Source of the DNA: Octopus bimaculoides
Taxonomy: Eukaryota
Reading direction: 5' to 3'
DNA length: 64,000 nt
NCBI RefSeq assembly: GCF_001194135.2
Contig: NC_068982.1
Location: forward strand, 75,997,571 to 76,061,570
Made by a program: the position numbers and the translations under genes. Below the pieces are notes generated by a model, which was given only the letters and a program-made list of their open reading frames with translations, made no database searches and was not told where the DNA came from. Shown here piece after piece: positions 35,218 to 48,650 of this stretch (position 1 is the first letter of the stretch; every line of letters begins with the position of its first letter).

Positions 35218-38200
35218 GTAGAAATATAAAAATATATAAAAGGAACAAAAATACTGGAGATTCAGTATACACCACGTGGCAAAATTATGAGTTGAAAATA
35301 TGTGGACAACATATATAAAAAGTGGAAGAGAAATGCCTTCGTTTCACATAGTTTAATATCTTTTTATAAAGAATTAAAAAAAATATATACATAAAATATA
35401 TACACGGCGGTGCATCAGCATGGCCGCAGCTCTAAACTGAAACTATAAACAACAAATAAACAACAAATAAACAACAAATATCTTATGGATGTAGTGATAT
35501 CCGACGGTTTTCGCTATTTAAATTAGCTTTTCAAGGCACATTGTGAAGTAATTAATTCTTGTGACAAAGGGATCTCGCCATTTTGGATGCTTGAAAAATA
35601 AGAATGAGTTTAGAAAGTGGACCAAGGGAGGTAACAGGTGGTAAGGGGGACAACTAACTCCTCAGTATAATTTTTGAAGTGGTCAAGTTTGTGTATTAAG
35701 GTGTGGTCTGTACTTTTGTACGAACAGGCTTTCCTTGTTTAGGCGTTCTTGTAAGGAGATTGAATCTTTGCATTGGTATAATGGAAAGATAGGGAAATTC
35801 GGGGTTTTATTTCTTGCGCATCTGTCGATATGTTCGCTCAGGGCTATCTGCCTGTATTGGGGAAAACGAATCTATTCTTTATGCAGAGTAACTATGCGTC
35901 TCAATGTAAGGCTCGTTTGGCCCACATAAAAAGCAGGTTAGGTATGGGCAAGTACCACAATTAGGTCGTCTGCATTTTTTAACTGTTGGTATCGTATGTA
36001 TTGAGTATAGTTTTGCATTTGTTAGGAGTCTCTTGAGTGATTTGTCTTGTCTTTTGCATTTGAAGAGTTTATGTGTATTTAGGATGTTGTTCATTTTCGG
36101 GTCTTGAGTGAGCAGAGGGAGATTTTGTATAATTGTGTTGTATGCTTCATTATTTCTGGGGTTGATATGTATGGGAGTGATTTAAAGTGAGGTGTGGTGT
36201 TTTGTTTTGTTGTCCTTAGTGTGTTTGTGTCCAATTTCTTGGCACGTTGAATTCCATGGTCTATAAATGCGAGTGGGTATTGACGTTCAATGAGGTCTTG
36301 TAGGCGAAGTTCCCGAGTGGTTATGTCAGATACAATTGTACAGATCCCTTTAGCTAGATTGAATGGGATATTTATTTTGGTGTGTTTAGGATGGCATGAA
36401 ATGAAAAGGAGATACTGTTTTGAGACTGTTGGTTTGTAGTAGATGTCAGTTGCAATTTAGTTGTTGGATTTTTTAATAATCAAAATGTCCAGAAATAGGA
36501 GCTGTTCCATTGTAAATTGAATATTGGAGTTTATATTGTTCAGCGTGGATTTGAAATCCAGGAGTTTATCAAAGGTTTCATTTCAGATGATAAAACAATC
36601 GTCTAGGTACCTTTTCCAGTTTTCTCTTATATACTGGTGGAATGGGGGTCCAAATTTTTGGAGCAAAAGTTCATATAGGGTACATTCAAAGAAACCCATT
36701 ATTAGGTTCGCAAGGACAGGCGCTGCTTTTGTTCCCATCGCAATACCACATTTTTGGCGGTAATATGTTGCATCGAATAGGAAGTAATTGTTTTGTAGGA
36801 TGAACAATGACAAAGGTCTGGTTTATGCGGTCTGGGAGAACTTCAGGTATTTTTCTGAGCAGAATTTTATTGCCTCTGGGCCCGCTATAATAGGCCTTAA
36901 TTTTAAGTCTTCTGGTGTTGGGATATTTATGTATAGACCCAGATCTGATTTGCAGGCATTAGTAATTATTTGACTCTTGTGGATTTTGGGGAGACCATAG
37001 AAAAAGCTTGGTTTGCATTTAAAGTTTGTGATAAAGTCTTTTTCTTTTTCTGTTAGGCCTTTTCCGTGTTTGAGTATTAAAGATGCAAGATCTTTTAATG
37101 TTTTTTGCTGCCTATAATTTGCAACTTTTTCATGAAAGGAGTAATTTTCTAGTATAGACAATGCTAGGTTTTTATAGCATTCTGTGTCCATCAGGATTAT
37201 AACACTACCTTTGTCTGCTTCTTTGATTATCAGGTCTTTGTCGTTTTTTAGCTGTAGTAGGTGCTTCCATTGTAGGTTGTTGAAGTTAGGTACAATTTTT
37301 GGTCTATAGATAGTGTGGGGAAAATTCTGGATATGGTTGCAGAAGTCGTCTAGTGTTTTATTCCTTCCTTTGGGTGGTAGATAATTGCTTTTGTTTTTCA
37401 CTAGTGATTCGCCATCGTTGTTGCAGTTGGTTAGTACTTCTGTCAATCGAAGTTTTCCACAGAATTCTGAAATTTTATCTTTAATTTCATTGGAGTTGAG
37501 TCTACGTAGGGTGGGTGTAAATTTTAAACCTTTAGCTAAAATATGGATTTTTGTTGTGGAGAGAGTTTTCTTAGATAAGTTGATTGTTTTGGGTTTCTCC
37601 CGTAACTTCTGTTCCAACGTGTGTCCCTGTGTCTCTTTACTCTGTTGTAATTAGGTTGGAAGGGGTTCTCAGTGTTAGGGTTGTTATTGTGGGAGTATTG
37701 TTGTGTAGGTGAATTGGTTGGGATTATGTAGTGTGGGTGTTTATGTTGGAATGAATTGTAAGGGTGTTTGGTCCTGTATTGGGCGCTTTTTGTCTGGGTG
37801 AGAGAGTTGCAATTCCGAGAGTTGAATTCCTATGTTGAGGAGTAGGTAGGATCCCCTGTCTGTTTCTAGTTGTTGGAGGGAAAGAATTGAAATAATAATT
37901 GTTATTATTCTTCTTCCTAGTCCTGGGGTGTTTCTTACTGGTGTTTGCTATTAGTGGTATTTCCTATTAATGGGGATTCCTATTGTAAGGCTGGTGGTGG
38001 TTGATTTTCCAGTGACGGGATAGTTTTGTGTGTCTGTGTTGGAGTTTGATCTGGGTGTACGATTATTGGTTTCTGTGGATGTATTTGTTTTGGATTTTTT
38101 TAAAAAGGGGTTGTTTGAGGTGTAATCGTTTTTGAAATGAGATTCGTAGTTGAGAAAAAAATTGATATTGTTTTCCCACCAATGTAGTGAATAAATTTCG

Positions 38201-39080
38201 TCCGATTCACAGTCGTCTTTCCATCGTTTAATAACATTTTGTAGAAGTTGTTCATTGGCATGTATCGTGAGTTCTGTGATCATCTCGTCATCGATCGTTT
38301 TATATTTTTGTTCATGATTCTTAGCTCTGAGTTTAAGTAATTCAATCTCTCTTCTCAGTTTTCTAGTGTTAGTTTTCTCTGAGAGTTCATTGTTGTTCTG
38401 GTTCATCTGGGATGGGTTTGATTTGGAGTTTGCGTGGCAAGATTAACAGTGTTGAAGTGATCCATTTTTCATATATTTGTGCCTTATTGTTATTTTTTAT
38501 CACGTTCCAGAATGAGAGTTTTCTGGTGTTGAGATTTTTGGACCAAGTGTGACTAATGCGGTTTTTAATTAAGTATGCCGAAATTGGTGTGTTTTCATTC
38601 GGGGTGGGTGATTTTTGTAGTGTATCTTTTATAGTATTGTTTGTGAAAATGTTGGTAACGGATTGGTTTAATGTAGTGCATAGTTCACTTAGATTTTGAC
38701 TGACCTTCTCTGTAGATTGCTTTCTTTGAAAGTTTTCTAAGTCTTCTCGGGTTTGGTGGTATAATCCATCGATTTTGTTGGTTAGAGTGACTAAATTTGT
38801 GTTGATTTCTTTCAATTCCTTAAGGATGTCCTCGTTGGTAATTTTATCCGACGCGGTAGAATTTGTTTCGCAGGCATTTTGTGTACCACGTGAGGCAAAT
38901 AGTAGAAATATAAAAATATATAAAAGGAGCAAAAATATTGGAGATTCAGTATACACCACGTGGCAAAATTATGAGTTGAAAATTTGTGGAAAACATATAA
39001 AACATATATATAACCAATGTGTTGAAAAAAGAATGAAGAATATAAGGAATAGATATAGAGAAATGACGGTTTGGAACCGA
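35218..39080 (-). mobile_element. Penelope-like element (Neptune-like), near full length, decayed, with direct terminal repeats
   Basis: RT: FYGLPKIHK, LRPIIAGP, YRQKCGIAMGT, WKRYLDDCF. Linker CRRPNCGTCPY. EN: FYVGQT..R, LSEHID, KYRPHLN, stop at 35683-35685. Terminal repeats at 35218-35345 and 38902-39075 (gtagaaatataaaaatatataaaagga...). Multiple stops, frameshifts and deletions. Confidence 0.92.
35501..35538 (-). ncRNA. Relic hammerhead in the PLE 3' region
   Basis: Minus strand: cc TTGAAAA gcta atttaaa tagc GAAA accg TC gg. Lesions C3U and G8A. It lies ~145 nt downstream of the ORF stop, in sense orientation. Confidence 0.5.
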
Positions 39081-39426
39081 GTCAATGCATGTTATGGGAA
39101 TAGAGAATACCACCAATTTTGTAGCCCTAGCATTGTTGTTGTTGTTGTTGTCATTTCCATTATTCTTATGGTTCGTTTCATTCGTATAATAGTTTCAAAT
39201 ATCAATGCGTGGCAAGTTGAATATCGTAAAGTAAGAATATGAAAAGGAGATATTTAGATAGATAACTAGATGGATGGATGGATGAATGAATAGATAGATA
39301 GATAAACCGATCCATAGATACATAGATGGATATATAGATAGAGTGATAAAGAGCGAGAAGGAGGGAGGGAAACAGAGGTAGAAGGGGAGAGAACGAGAGA
39401 AAGAGAGAGAGAGAGANNNNNNNNNN

Positions 39427-39590
39427 TGGAGCACCGCCTTTAGTCGAACAAATCAAGCCCAGGACTTATTCTTTGTAAGCCTAGTACTTATTCTATCGGT
39501 CTCTTTTGCCGAACCGTTATTGTTACGGGGACGTAAACACACCAACATCGGTTGTCAAGTGATAGTGGGGAGACAAACACAGACATAAAC
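39427..39590 (-). mobile_element. Octopus OK/OR-type SINE
   Basis: ggagcaccgcctttagtcgaacaaatc..cccaggacttattctttgtaagcctagtacttattctatcggtctcttttgccgaaccg. Confidence 0.8.
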
Positions 39591-39712
39591 CCACACATAT
39601 ATATACATGCATGCATACACCTGTGTGTACGTTTATATATATATATATATGTACACACATACACACACACACACATATATGTACATACACACAAACATAT
39701 ATCAATATATAC

Positions 39713-39747
<35 letters not shown>

Positions 39748-40098
39748 TGTATGTAGACAGATAAAGAGGACTATGGAAAGAAAGATAAAAGAAAACGAAA
39801 TAAAAAAAAAAGGAGTCCGAATAAAGAAAGGGAAGGCCTAAAGAGTGAATAAGCTAGTAAGGAAGAAATCGGTGAAAGAGAGAGAGAGAGAGAGATTGAC
39901 AATAAATGGAATTGAATATGTTGTTAGGAAAGGAATAGATACCCGAGCCAAGTTTATTGGTATAGTGACATGTTAATATATTAGGCATATATATGGTATT
40001 GCTGGTCAGGTGAGTATAGATGAGGCTAACTTTTATTAGGTATCCGGTGTGTCGGATGGGAGCTTTTCTAATATGAATATTACCAAACGTGATTTATG

Positions 40099-40164
<66 letters not shown>

Positions 40165-40861
40165 NNNNNNNNNNNNNNNNNNNNNNNNNNNNNNNNNNNN
40201 NNNNNNNNNNNNNNNNNNNNNNNNNNNNNNNNNNNNNNNNNNNNNNNNNNNNNNNNNNNNNNNNNNNNNNNNNNNNNNNNNNNNNNNNNNNNNNNNNNNN
40301 NNNNNNNNNNNNNNNNNNNNNNNNNNNNNNNNNNNNNNNNNNNNNNNNNNNNNNNNNNNNNNNNNNNNNNNNNNNNNNNNNNNNNNNNNNNNNNNNNNNN
40401 NNNNNNNNNNNNNNNNNNNNNNNNNNNNNNNNNNNNNNNNNNNNNNNNNNNNNNNNNNNNNNNNNNNNNNNNNNNNNNNNNNNNNNNNNNNNNNNNNNNN
40501 NNNNNNNNNNNNNNNNNNNNNNNNNNNNNNNNNNNNNNNNNNNNNNNNNNNNNNNNNNNNNNNNNNNNNNNNNNNNNNNNNNNNNNNNNNNNNNNNNNNN
40601 NNNNNNNNNNNNNNNNNNNNNNNNNNNNNNNNNNNNNNNNNNNNNNNNNNNNNNNNNNNNNNNNNNNNNNNNNNNNNNNNNNNNNNNNNNNNNNNNNNNN
40701 NNNNNNNNNNNNNNNNNNNNNNNNNNNNNNNNNNNNNNNNNNNNNNNNNNNNNNNNNNNNNNNNNNNNNNNNNNNNNNNNNNNNNNNNNNNNNNNNNNNN
40801 NNNNNNNNNNNNNNNNNNNNNNNNNNNNNNNNNNNNNNNNNNNNNNNNNNNNNNNNNNNNN

Positions 40862-40921
<60 letters not shown>

Positions 40922-41075
40922 CATACACACACCCATACATACACGCATGCATAAATACTTACATACATAGACACATACATACATGCATGCACACATACAC
41001 AATATAGAATGTATGCATACATGCATAAAAATATGTATATCAATACCCCCCCCCACACACACACACACATACATA

Positions 41076-41108
<33 letters not shown>

Positions 41109-41500
41109 TATACATACACATATATACACATACACAAACAGGTGTGAAATGGTTAGGAATGGTTGTAAGTTTAATTGAATCTTGTTGAAATATATGTAAT
41201 ATATGGAGCGAAATTTCCCGAAGGAGAACCAAACCTCGCATCAACACCGTCGTTAAAACACATCGCATAATGTATGGTATCAATATTGGAACCTAAAGAT
41301 GAATTCCAAGAAAGTAGTGTGTGCGTGGTGTGTGTGTATGTGTGTGTGTGTATGTTGTGTGTGTATGTGTGTGTGTGTGTGTGTGTGCATGTATTTTTTT
41401 CTGAATTACGGATCTCTTAGCGTCTGTCGGTCTATGTATGTATATATGTATGTATGTATGTATGTATGTGTGTATGTATGTATGTATGTATCTGTCTGTC

Positions 41501-41570
<70 letters not shown>

Positions 41571-41633
41571 CAAACATATAATACACACATACATGTCTAT
41601 CTATATATGTGTGTATACCCATACATATAAGTA

Positions 41634-41685
<52 letters not shown>

Positions 41686-41873
41686 NNNNNNNNNNNNNNN
41701 NNNNNNNNNNNNNNNNNNNNNNNNNNNNNNNNNNNNNNNNNNNNNNNNNNNNNNNNNNNNNNNNNNNNNNNNNNNNNNNNNNNNNNNNNNNNNNNNNNNN
41801 NNNATATATATACCCGGACATATATGTATGTATATATTTATATATGTATACACATGTATATATATATATATCT

Positions 41874-41908
<35 letters not shown>

Positions 41909-42060
41909 TATATATATACACACACATACACATCTGTGTATAATCATATATTCATACATACATATATTTTTACAAGAAATGATTGACAGTGACTTCGAAG
42001 TTTAGCTTCTCAACTACCTCTTTTATAGTGTATGACGTATTTTTTTATACAAACTTTAAT

Positions 42061-42216
42061 TCCAGAATTTGACCACTAAACTTTTAGGTTTCTACGTCAT
42101 CGGATTCGCATGTGTGTTGTATGTATTGTTTATGTTAACTATAGCCTTCTAGTGCTACGCCACAAATGTGAATCTGACGATGTGGAACTCTAAGTGTCAA
42201 ACGGTCAAATTCTGGA
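42061..42216. mobile_element. Small foldback MITE (156 bp)
   Basis: Perfect 14-bp TIR tccagaatttgacc/ggtcaaattctgga, with further imperfect internal complementarity. Confidence 0.75.
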
Positions 42217-42437
42217 GGAAATGTCTCTTTAAATATAAACTGACTACATCAAATGGTCAGTAGAGAAGCTCAGCCACTGTCCACCCCAAAGATGTGGCTG
42301 AGATAGTCTGGAGACGTTAATATAAATGAATTTGCGAAATTTATTTTTCCAAACGAACAATGAAGATTTGATATGCAGATGCAATAATAATAATAATGAT
42401 AATGATGATGATGACGATGATAATAATAATGGTGAAA

Positions 42438-42481
<44 letters not shown>

Positions 42482-42511
42482 AATGATGATGATGATGATG
42501 CTGATTTTTTT

Positions 42512-43020
42512 ATTGGGCACAAGAGTCCAAGACATGGAGGACAGTAGCTGTTGAGAAAGTGACTGAGAACTTCTTTGGGAATTTCGTATCCAAACGGATC
42601 ATGTCCTAGTGCATAACAGACGAGATACCTTGGTGTTTGAGAAGAGGAAACGAATATCCTCTATGATTGATGTGACCTGTCCATTTGAGACAAGAGTAAA
42701 GCAAAATAAATCAAGACGGTTGATATATACCAGGACTTGAAGAGAGAGATAAGCAGATTGTGGGGTTGCAGAGAAAATGAGGTCGTGCCAATTGTGAGTG
42801 GAGCCTTAGGCATAATGGGGACGAGACTCAAAGAGTGAACAGACAATTTTGGCTTGCAGTAGTACATATAATACATGCAATTGACATGAAGATAATTCGA
42901 AAGTTCTTGGATGGCTGAGGTTACAGGTGGTGATTTGTTATCCAAGAGTAAACCCACCTAAAACCAATCATAGGGGGTGAGAGACAAAAGATTTTGAAAT
43001 AATAAAACTAAAAAATTAAA
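42512..43020 (+). mobile_element. R4/Dong-like RLE 3' fragment
   Basis: LWEFRIQTDHVLVHNRRD..MIDVTCPFE..YQDLKREISRLWG..VVPIVSGALG..IIRKFLDG*. The 5' end abuts (GAT)n. Confidence 0.85.
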
Positions 43021-43304
43021 TTAGAACATAATCGTGTTTTCATAATAATATCTACACGAAAGCTCTTCTCCAAATATACAAATATATATATATGTATGTA
43101 TATTCGAGTGCGTACTTATCCAAAATGGAGATGAACACTATCCCTCAATGTGATCGGCTAGAAAAAATAGTTAAGGTATTAAGATATTTTTCTTAACATG
43201 AAACGAATGCTAGCTTCAATGTACAAATAAAGAAATTTTATCCACCAATGTGATGTTGAGCACTCATTCTCGTTGTTCGATATTTACGTATATATGCATA
43301 TGAT

Positions 43305-43585
43305 GGACTCTCCCGTCGAAGACGACGTATGAGCGTTCGGCTTTTTCCACATGATCTGCACAAATGATTTGTTTATAATGATCGAATGTATGTGCTGTAT
43401 ATTATCCCACTCTCTCCATCAAATCGAGGTTGTCTGAACAGGTGCACCATGTACCACGCATAAGGTGTCCGAGTGATCGCAGAGAAACGCGAAATGAAGT
43501 GCTTTGCTCAAGAACACAGCGCACCACTCGGTCTAGGAATTGAAATCACGATCTAATGATCATGAGTGCAACACCCTAACCACTA
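43305..43585 (-). mobile_element. tRNA-derived SINE
   Basis: Shares gaacaggtgcac...aaatgaagtgctttgctcaagaacac..ggtctaggaattgaa..gtgcaacaccctaaccacta with 47855-48095. Confidence 0.75.
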
Positions 43586-44179
43586 TATATATACTCACAT
43601 ATGTACATTTAATCATACTTACTTGCACATGCATGCACACATAAACACAGCATACTTAAATGAATATATACATACAAGCATACATAATACATGTGTACAC
43701 CCTTACACGCAGGTACATACATACACATACATACATACATACATACATACATACATGCATACATACATATGCAGACATACTTACAAGATATGGTCATCGG
43801 AACATCTTTCACTGAACAAATCAATATCCCACAAAACATTCTCAGAACCAGAATTCTTGCTAACATTTTGGATATTTGATTGATCTCACCAAAAAATCCG
43901 TTCCATTGACAGGACAAACCAAAAAGATACTTACTTGCAAGCGGCAATTTCCACATCAACAGCGATATCGACAGGCTCTGTCCAGAATGGAAGCCAGACG
44001 GAAGACATCATGGTTCGCTTTCAATAACTTTTGACAGCCTGATATAATATCAGAAATATATACACTAAACATATTTATTGATGAAAGTATTTGAAAACTG
44101 GACTTGTAAAAATTATACTTCAGGCAAATTATTTGTATGGAGACAAAATATGAGCGTTTGGACAACGAGACCAAAACAA

Positions 44180-44570
44180 AAAAAATGGTTTAAAACTTTG
44201 GCACGTGGCTAGCAATTTTAGAGGAAAGACTAATTTGATTACGTCATAATTAGTGCTCCAGTGAAATTTGACCTCAGGATATACAGAGACTCAGAAGAAA
44301 TGCCGTTAAACATTTTGTCACACGTCCTAATGATTGCCCAGCTAGCCACCTAAAAGCCAAAATAAATGTTTCAGATTTTTGCGCAAGGCCAGCATATTTA
44401 GGGGAGGAGGTTAGTTGATTACATCAACTCCAGTGTTCAAGTGGTACTTATCGCTCTTGAAAGGATGATAGGCAAAGTCGGCCTTGGCAGAATTTGAACT
44501 TGGATCATAATGAACCAGAAGAAATGCCGCTAAGCATTCTGTCCGATGCGCTAACGACTCTGCCAGCTCA
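44180..44570 (-). mobile_element. Two adjacent OR2-like CORE-SINE copies
   Basis: ggtactta...aaggatgataggcaaagtcggccttggcagaatttgaac: the CORE domain, reverse complement. Confidence 0.7.
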
Positions 44571-47454
44571 CCACATTAAGACCAACATAAATAATGAGTC
44601 TATCATTTCCTGGATGTGCGCTCAATATTATTTCTTATTTTTAAAATGTAGAATTTATTCATATTATATCTGTTAAACAAATTTCAACATTGGAAATATG
44701 ATTCTTTGTCACAAACCATTTCGTTTCTTGGAGGAATAATTCAAATAATAATTAAAAAAAGAAAGACAACATGCTTATCATATATACATGTATACATACA
44801 TACATACATACATACATACATACATACACGTATATATATATATATATNNNNNNNNNNNNNNNNNNNNNNNNNNNNNNNNNNNNNNNNNNNNNNNNNNNNN
44901 NNNNNNNNNNNNNNNNNNNNNNNNNNNNNNNNNNNNNNNNNNNNNNNNNNNNNNNNNNNNNNNNNNNNNNNNNNNNNNNNNNNNNNNNNNNNNNNNNNNN
45001 NNNNNNNNNNNNNNNNNNNNNNNNNNNNNNNNNNNNNNNNNNNNNNNNNNNNNNNNNNNNNNNNNNNNNNNNNNNNNNNNNNNNNNNNNNNNNNNNNNNN
45101 NNNNNNNNNNNNNNNNNNNNNNNNNNNNNNNNNNNNNNNNNNNNNNNNNNNNNNNNNNNNNNNNNNNNNNNNNNNNNNNNNNNNNNNNNNNNNNNNNNNN
45201 NNNNNNNNNNNNNNNNNNNNNNNNNNNNNNNNNNNNNNNNNNNNNNNNNNNNNNNNNNNNNNNNNNNNNNNNNNNNNNNNNNNNNNNNNNNNNNNNNNNN
45301 NNNNNNNNNNNNNNNNNNNNNNNNNNNNNNNNNNNNNNNNNNNNNNNNNNNNNNNNNNNNNNNNNNNNNNNNNNNNNNNNNNNNNNNNNNNNNNNNNNNN
45401 NNNNNNNNNNNNNNNNNNNNNNNNNNNNNNNNNNNNNNNNNNNNNNNNNNNNNNNNNNNNNNNNNNNNNNNNNNNNNNNNNNNNNNNNNNNNNNNNNNNN
45501 NNNNNNNNNNNNNNNNNNNNNNNNNNNNNNNNNNNNNNNNNNNNNNNNNNNNNNNNNNNNNNNNNNNNNNNNNNNNNNNNNNNNNNNNNNNNNNNNNNNN
45601 NNNNNNNNNNNNNNNNNNNNNNNNNNNNNNNNNNNNNNNNNNNNNNNNNNNNNNNNNNNNNNNNNNNNNNNNNNNNNNNNNNNNNNNNNNNNNNNNNNNN
45701 NNNNNNNNNNNNNNNNNNNNNNNGAAGCCAAGAGTATATAATTCTCTCTCTTTCTCTCTCTCCACACACACACACAAACCACACAGACACACACGTCACA
45801 AGCATATATATATCGACCAACAAGCGCTCGAAAAATATCTGCAAATGTAAAACGTTTTAGTGCAATCATTTCCTTTGGAAATATACAAGACATTATCGAT
45901 TTTAAACGAATTTGTACCTGAGTTGGTGGGGTATATCAGAAGACATTTTATGACTAAGACTTAAATAAATCAAATATTTTGTCCCTAGAAAAAATGCTAC
46001 TGTTGTTATTGTTATTGTTGTTTTATAGACGCAGGTCAATCTCGATCGATCAGTCCTGTCTATGTTCAAAGTCGATCCAGACGTAAACATTCTTTTACCT
46101 TCAGTGCGTTGAGAACACCACCGGCCGTTGTTCAACCTTTCAGTTTTGTGAGACAGTATGATGCGATTTGTGGAAGATTTGGTTGCTATTTTTAACAGGC
46201 CCAGCGACCCAACAAAAGCTCAGTCGCAGGCTCGACTAAACATGTATACTATTTAGGAGATATCGATTATCAAACCGATTTGAATTTTACATCAAAAGAA
46301 AGCGAAAAGAGAATCTCATTATCCAGATGATGCAGTAATTGCACTCCAAATATACTCTGATAATAGTGTAGGATATCGTTTCATAATAATATAATCGTTA
46401 TGACACTTTCTAACGTTACCAGTTTCTTTTTACTCTGTAACATTAATAAGTTGAGCTTTACAAAGAACAGTAATAGCTTGATTTTATTTGAATTATTCAA
46501 ATTCAATTTATAGTTTTTATACGATTTTGTTCTAAACAAGGCTTGGGGCCACAGTAGCGTAATGGACTACAAAGAAGGAAAAGAAGTGCCTACAATTTCA
46601 AAAGATGTCAATTGATAGAAAGCGAAAAAGGATTGAATATTATAGACCAAAGGAAAATAAAATGATGGTTGTGCGTTCCAGAGAGTAGCAGTTTGAAGAA
46701 AGAAACTATTTGAACAAAAGGATTTATGACTTACAGGAACCTCAATAAAGAAACGATGCGCCCGGGCAAAAAAGTGGGTGACTCATTTTATGGTCTTGAT
46801 ATAGAGTACCAGACCAGAAAGATTATTAGAGAATGACCTTAGAAAAATTTATAGAAAAGTCAGAGTGAAATACACTTCGACGATGAGCCAAAGACTCCAA
46901 CCTAGTTGAAAGAAGAGGATCCACCATGTTGACAACGTGATTCTGAATTCAATCAAGCCAGTTAAGACATTCAGAAGAGGCAACAGTCCAAAGATGACAG
47001 TAATATTCAATGCAAAATGGTGGTCTTATTTATAATAGTGATTTATTCTTGTTTCAATAATCGAAAGACATATAATAACACAATAAATCATCACGTGTAC
47101 GTGGAACAACGAGAATCAAAATAAATGACGTACCGATTCATTCTCAATACGTTCCGGTAGAAACGAGCAATCAATACCCTTATAGCTGTTGTATTTCGCC
47201 TTCGGAAAGCCTCTTTTCCTTTTAGACGGTGTATGCTTATAATACATTCAATTTATTCACGTAAGGGGATTTTGAGACGCCGTGGTATTTCAGCCTGGTT
47301 GTGTCTCTTCAGTCAAAGCCACGTCTGTATCAATAAATCTAAACAAGAATTATGGCTCATGCAAATACAAACGTATGCATACATCTATATATACCATACA
47401 TATATGCATATATATATGTACCAATATGAATATGAAAACACATACTCGCACACA

Positions 47455-47490
<36 letters not shown>

Positions 47491-47500
47491 CCCACGCACG

Positions 47501-47540
<40 letters not shown>

Positions 47541-47599
47541 AACAAACACACACGCTCAGTATTGGAGACGTTTGTAATTCGAAGTATCAGTCAAGCACT

Positions 47600-47840
47600 G
47601 GGGTCCTTTGTATCGACTAGGCCCTTCACTTAAAATTGCTGTCTCTCTTCCAAAATTTAAAGTAATTATCAAGGCGGCAAGCTAGCTGAGTTCTGGGCTC
47701 AAATTCCACCACGGTTGACTTTGCCTTTCATCTTTTCAGGGTGAAATAAAATGAAGTACCATTTGATCACTGGACTCAATGTAATCGACTTATCCCCTTC
47801 ACTGAAAATTACTGCCCTTCTGCCTAAATTTAAAATAACT
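47600..47840 (+). mobile_element. OR2-like CORE-SINE fragments
   Basis: gttgactttgcctttcatcttttcagggtgaaataaaatgaagtacc. Confidence 0.65.
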
Positions 47841-47854
47841 AATAACGATAATAA

Positions 47855-48095
47855 TGAACAACCTGCACGAATGATTTGTTCATAGTGATAAAATGTATGT
47901 ACTGTAGATTAGCTCATTCCTTCCATCAAATCGACGTTATTTGAACAGGTGCACGGTATACCGCGCGTCAGATGTCGAAGTGCTTGTAGAGCAACGTGAG
48001 ATAAAATGTCTTGCTCACAACGCACACTCCGGTCTAGGAATTGAAACAGATGAGCTCACGATTGTGAGTGCAACACCCTAACCACTAGGTCATGC
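47855..48095 (-). mobile_element. tRNA-derived SINE
   Basis: Same family as 43305-43585. Confidence 0.7.
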
Positions 48096-48558
48096 GTGCT
48101 TATAACAACAACAACAACAATAATAATAATAATGATAAAGAGGAGAAAAAAAGAAAAGAAAAATTTTGTTATTGTTAATCATTTCATCTTAATGACCATA
48201 TTCATCATCATCATCATCAGCAGCAGACAGATATTGCCAGTGGTATTATAATACTAATTTTTAAAAATCATAATCATGTAGCAAGGAATAGGTGTGTGTA
48301 TGTGTAGGTGTACACACACACAGATATACGGGGGAATTTGGAGCTGGGTATGTGTCTGTATATGTATATAGTAAAGTAGTGGAGGTTGGTTATGTATTAG
48401 CATTTAAAAAAAAAAATTACGTCCTGTGAAAATACATTTTATGATTCATTTACTATTTACATCAAGTCTTAAAAAAGGTAAATATTTCTCTCTCCTTATT
48501 CACAGCTTTATTCCCGTTTGCATTAACAAACTAATAGATATGTCTAAACACACACACG

Positions 48559-48650
<92 letters not shown>

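Noticed and set aside
38885-38959. Signal-peptide-like N-terminus MVYTESPIFLLLLYIFIFLLFA of the PLE ORF
   Set aside because: It starts at GTG and derives from the T-rich terminal repeat, which is also present at 35218. The hydrophobicity is compositional.
41160-41295. Possible terminal exon GSNIDTIHYAMCFNDGVDARFG..* (minus)
   Set aside because: No recognisable homologue, and the phase is incompatible with the candidate exon at 43785.
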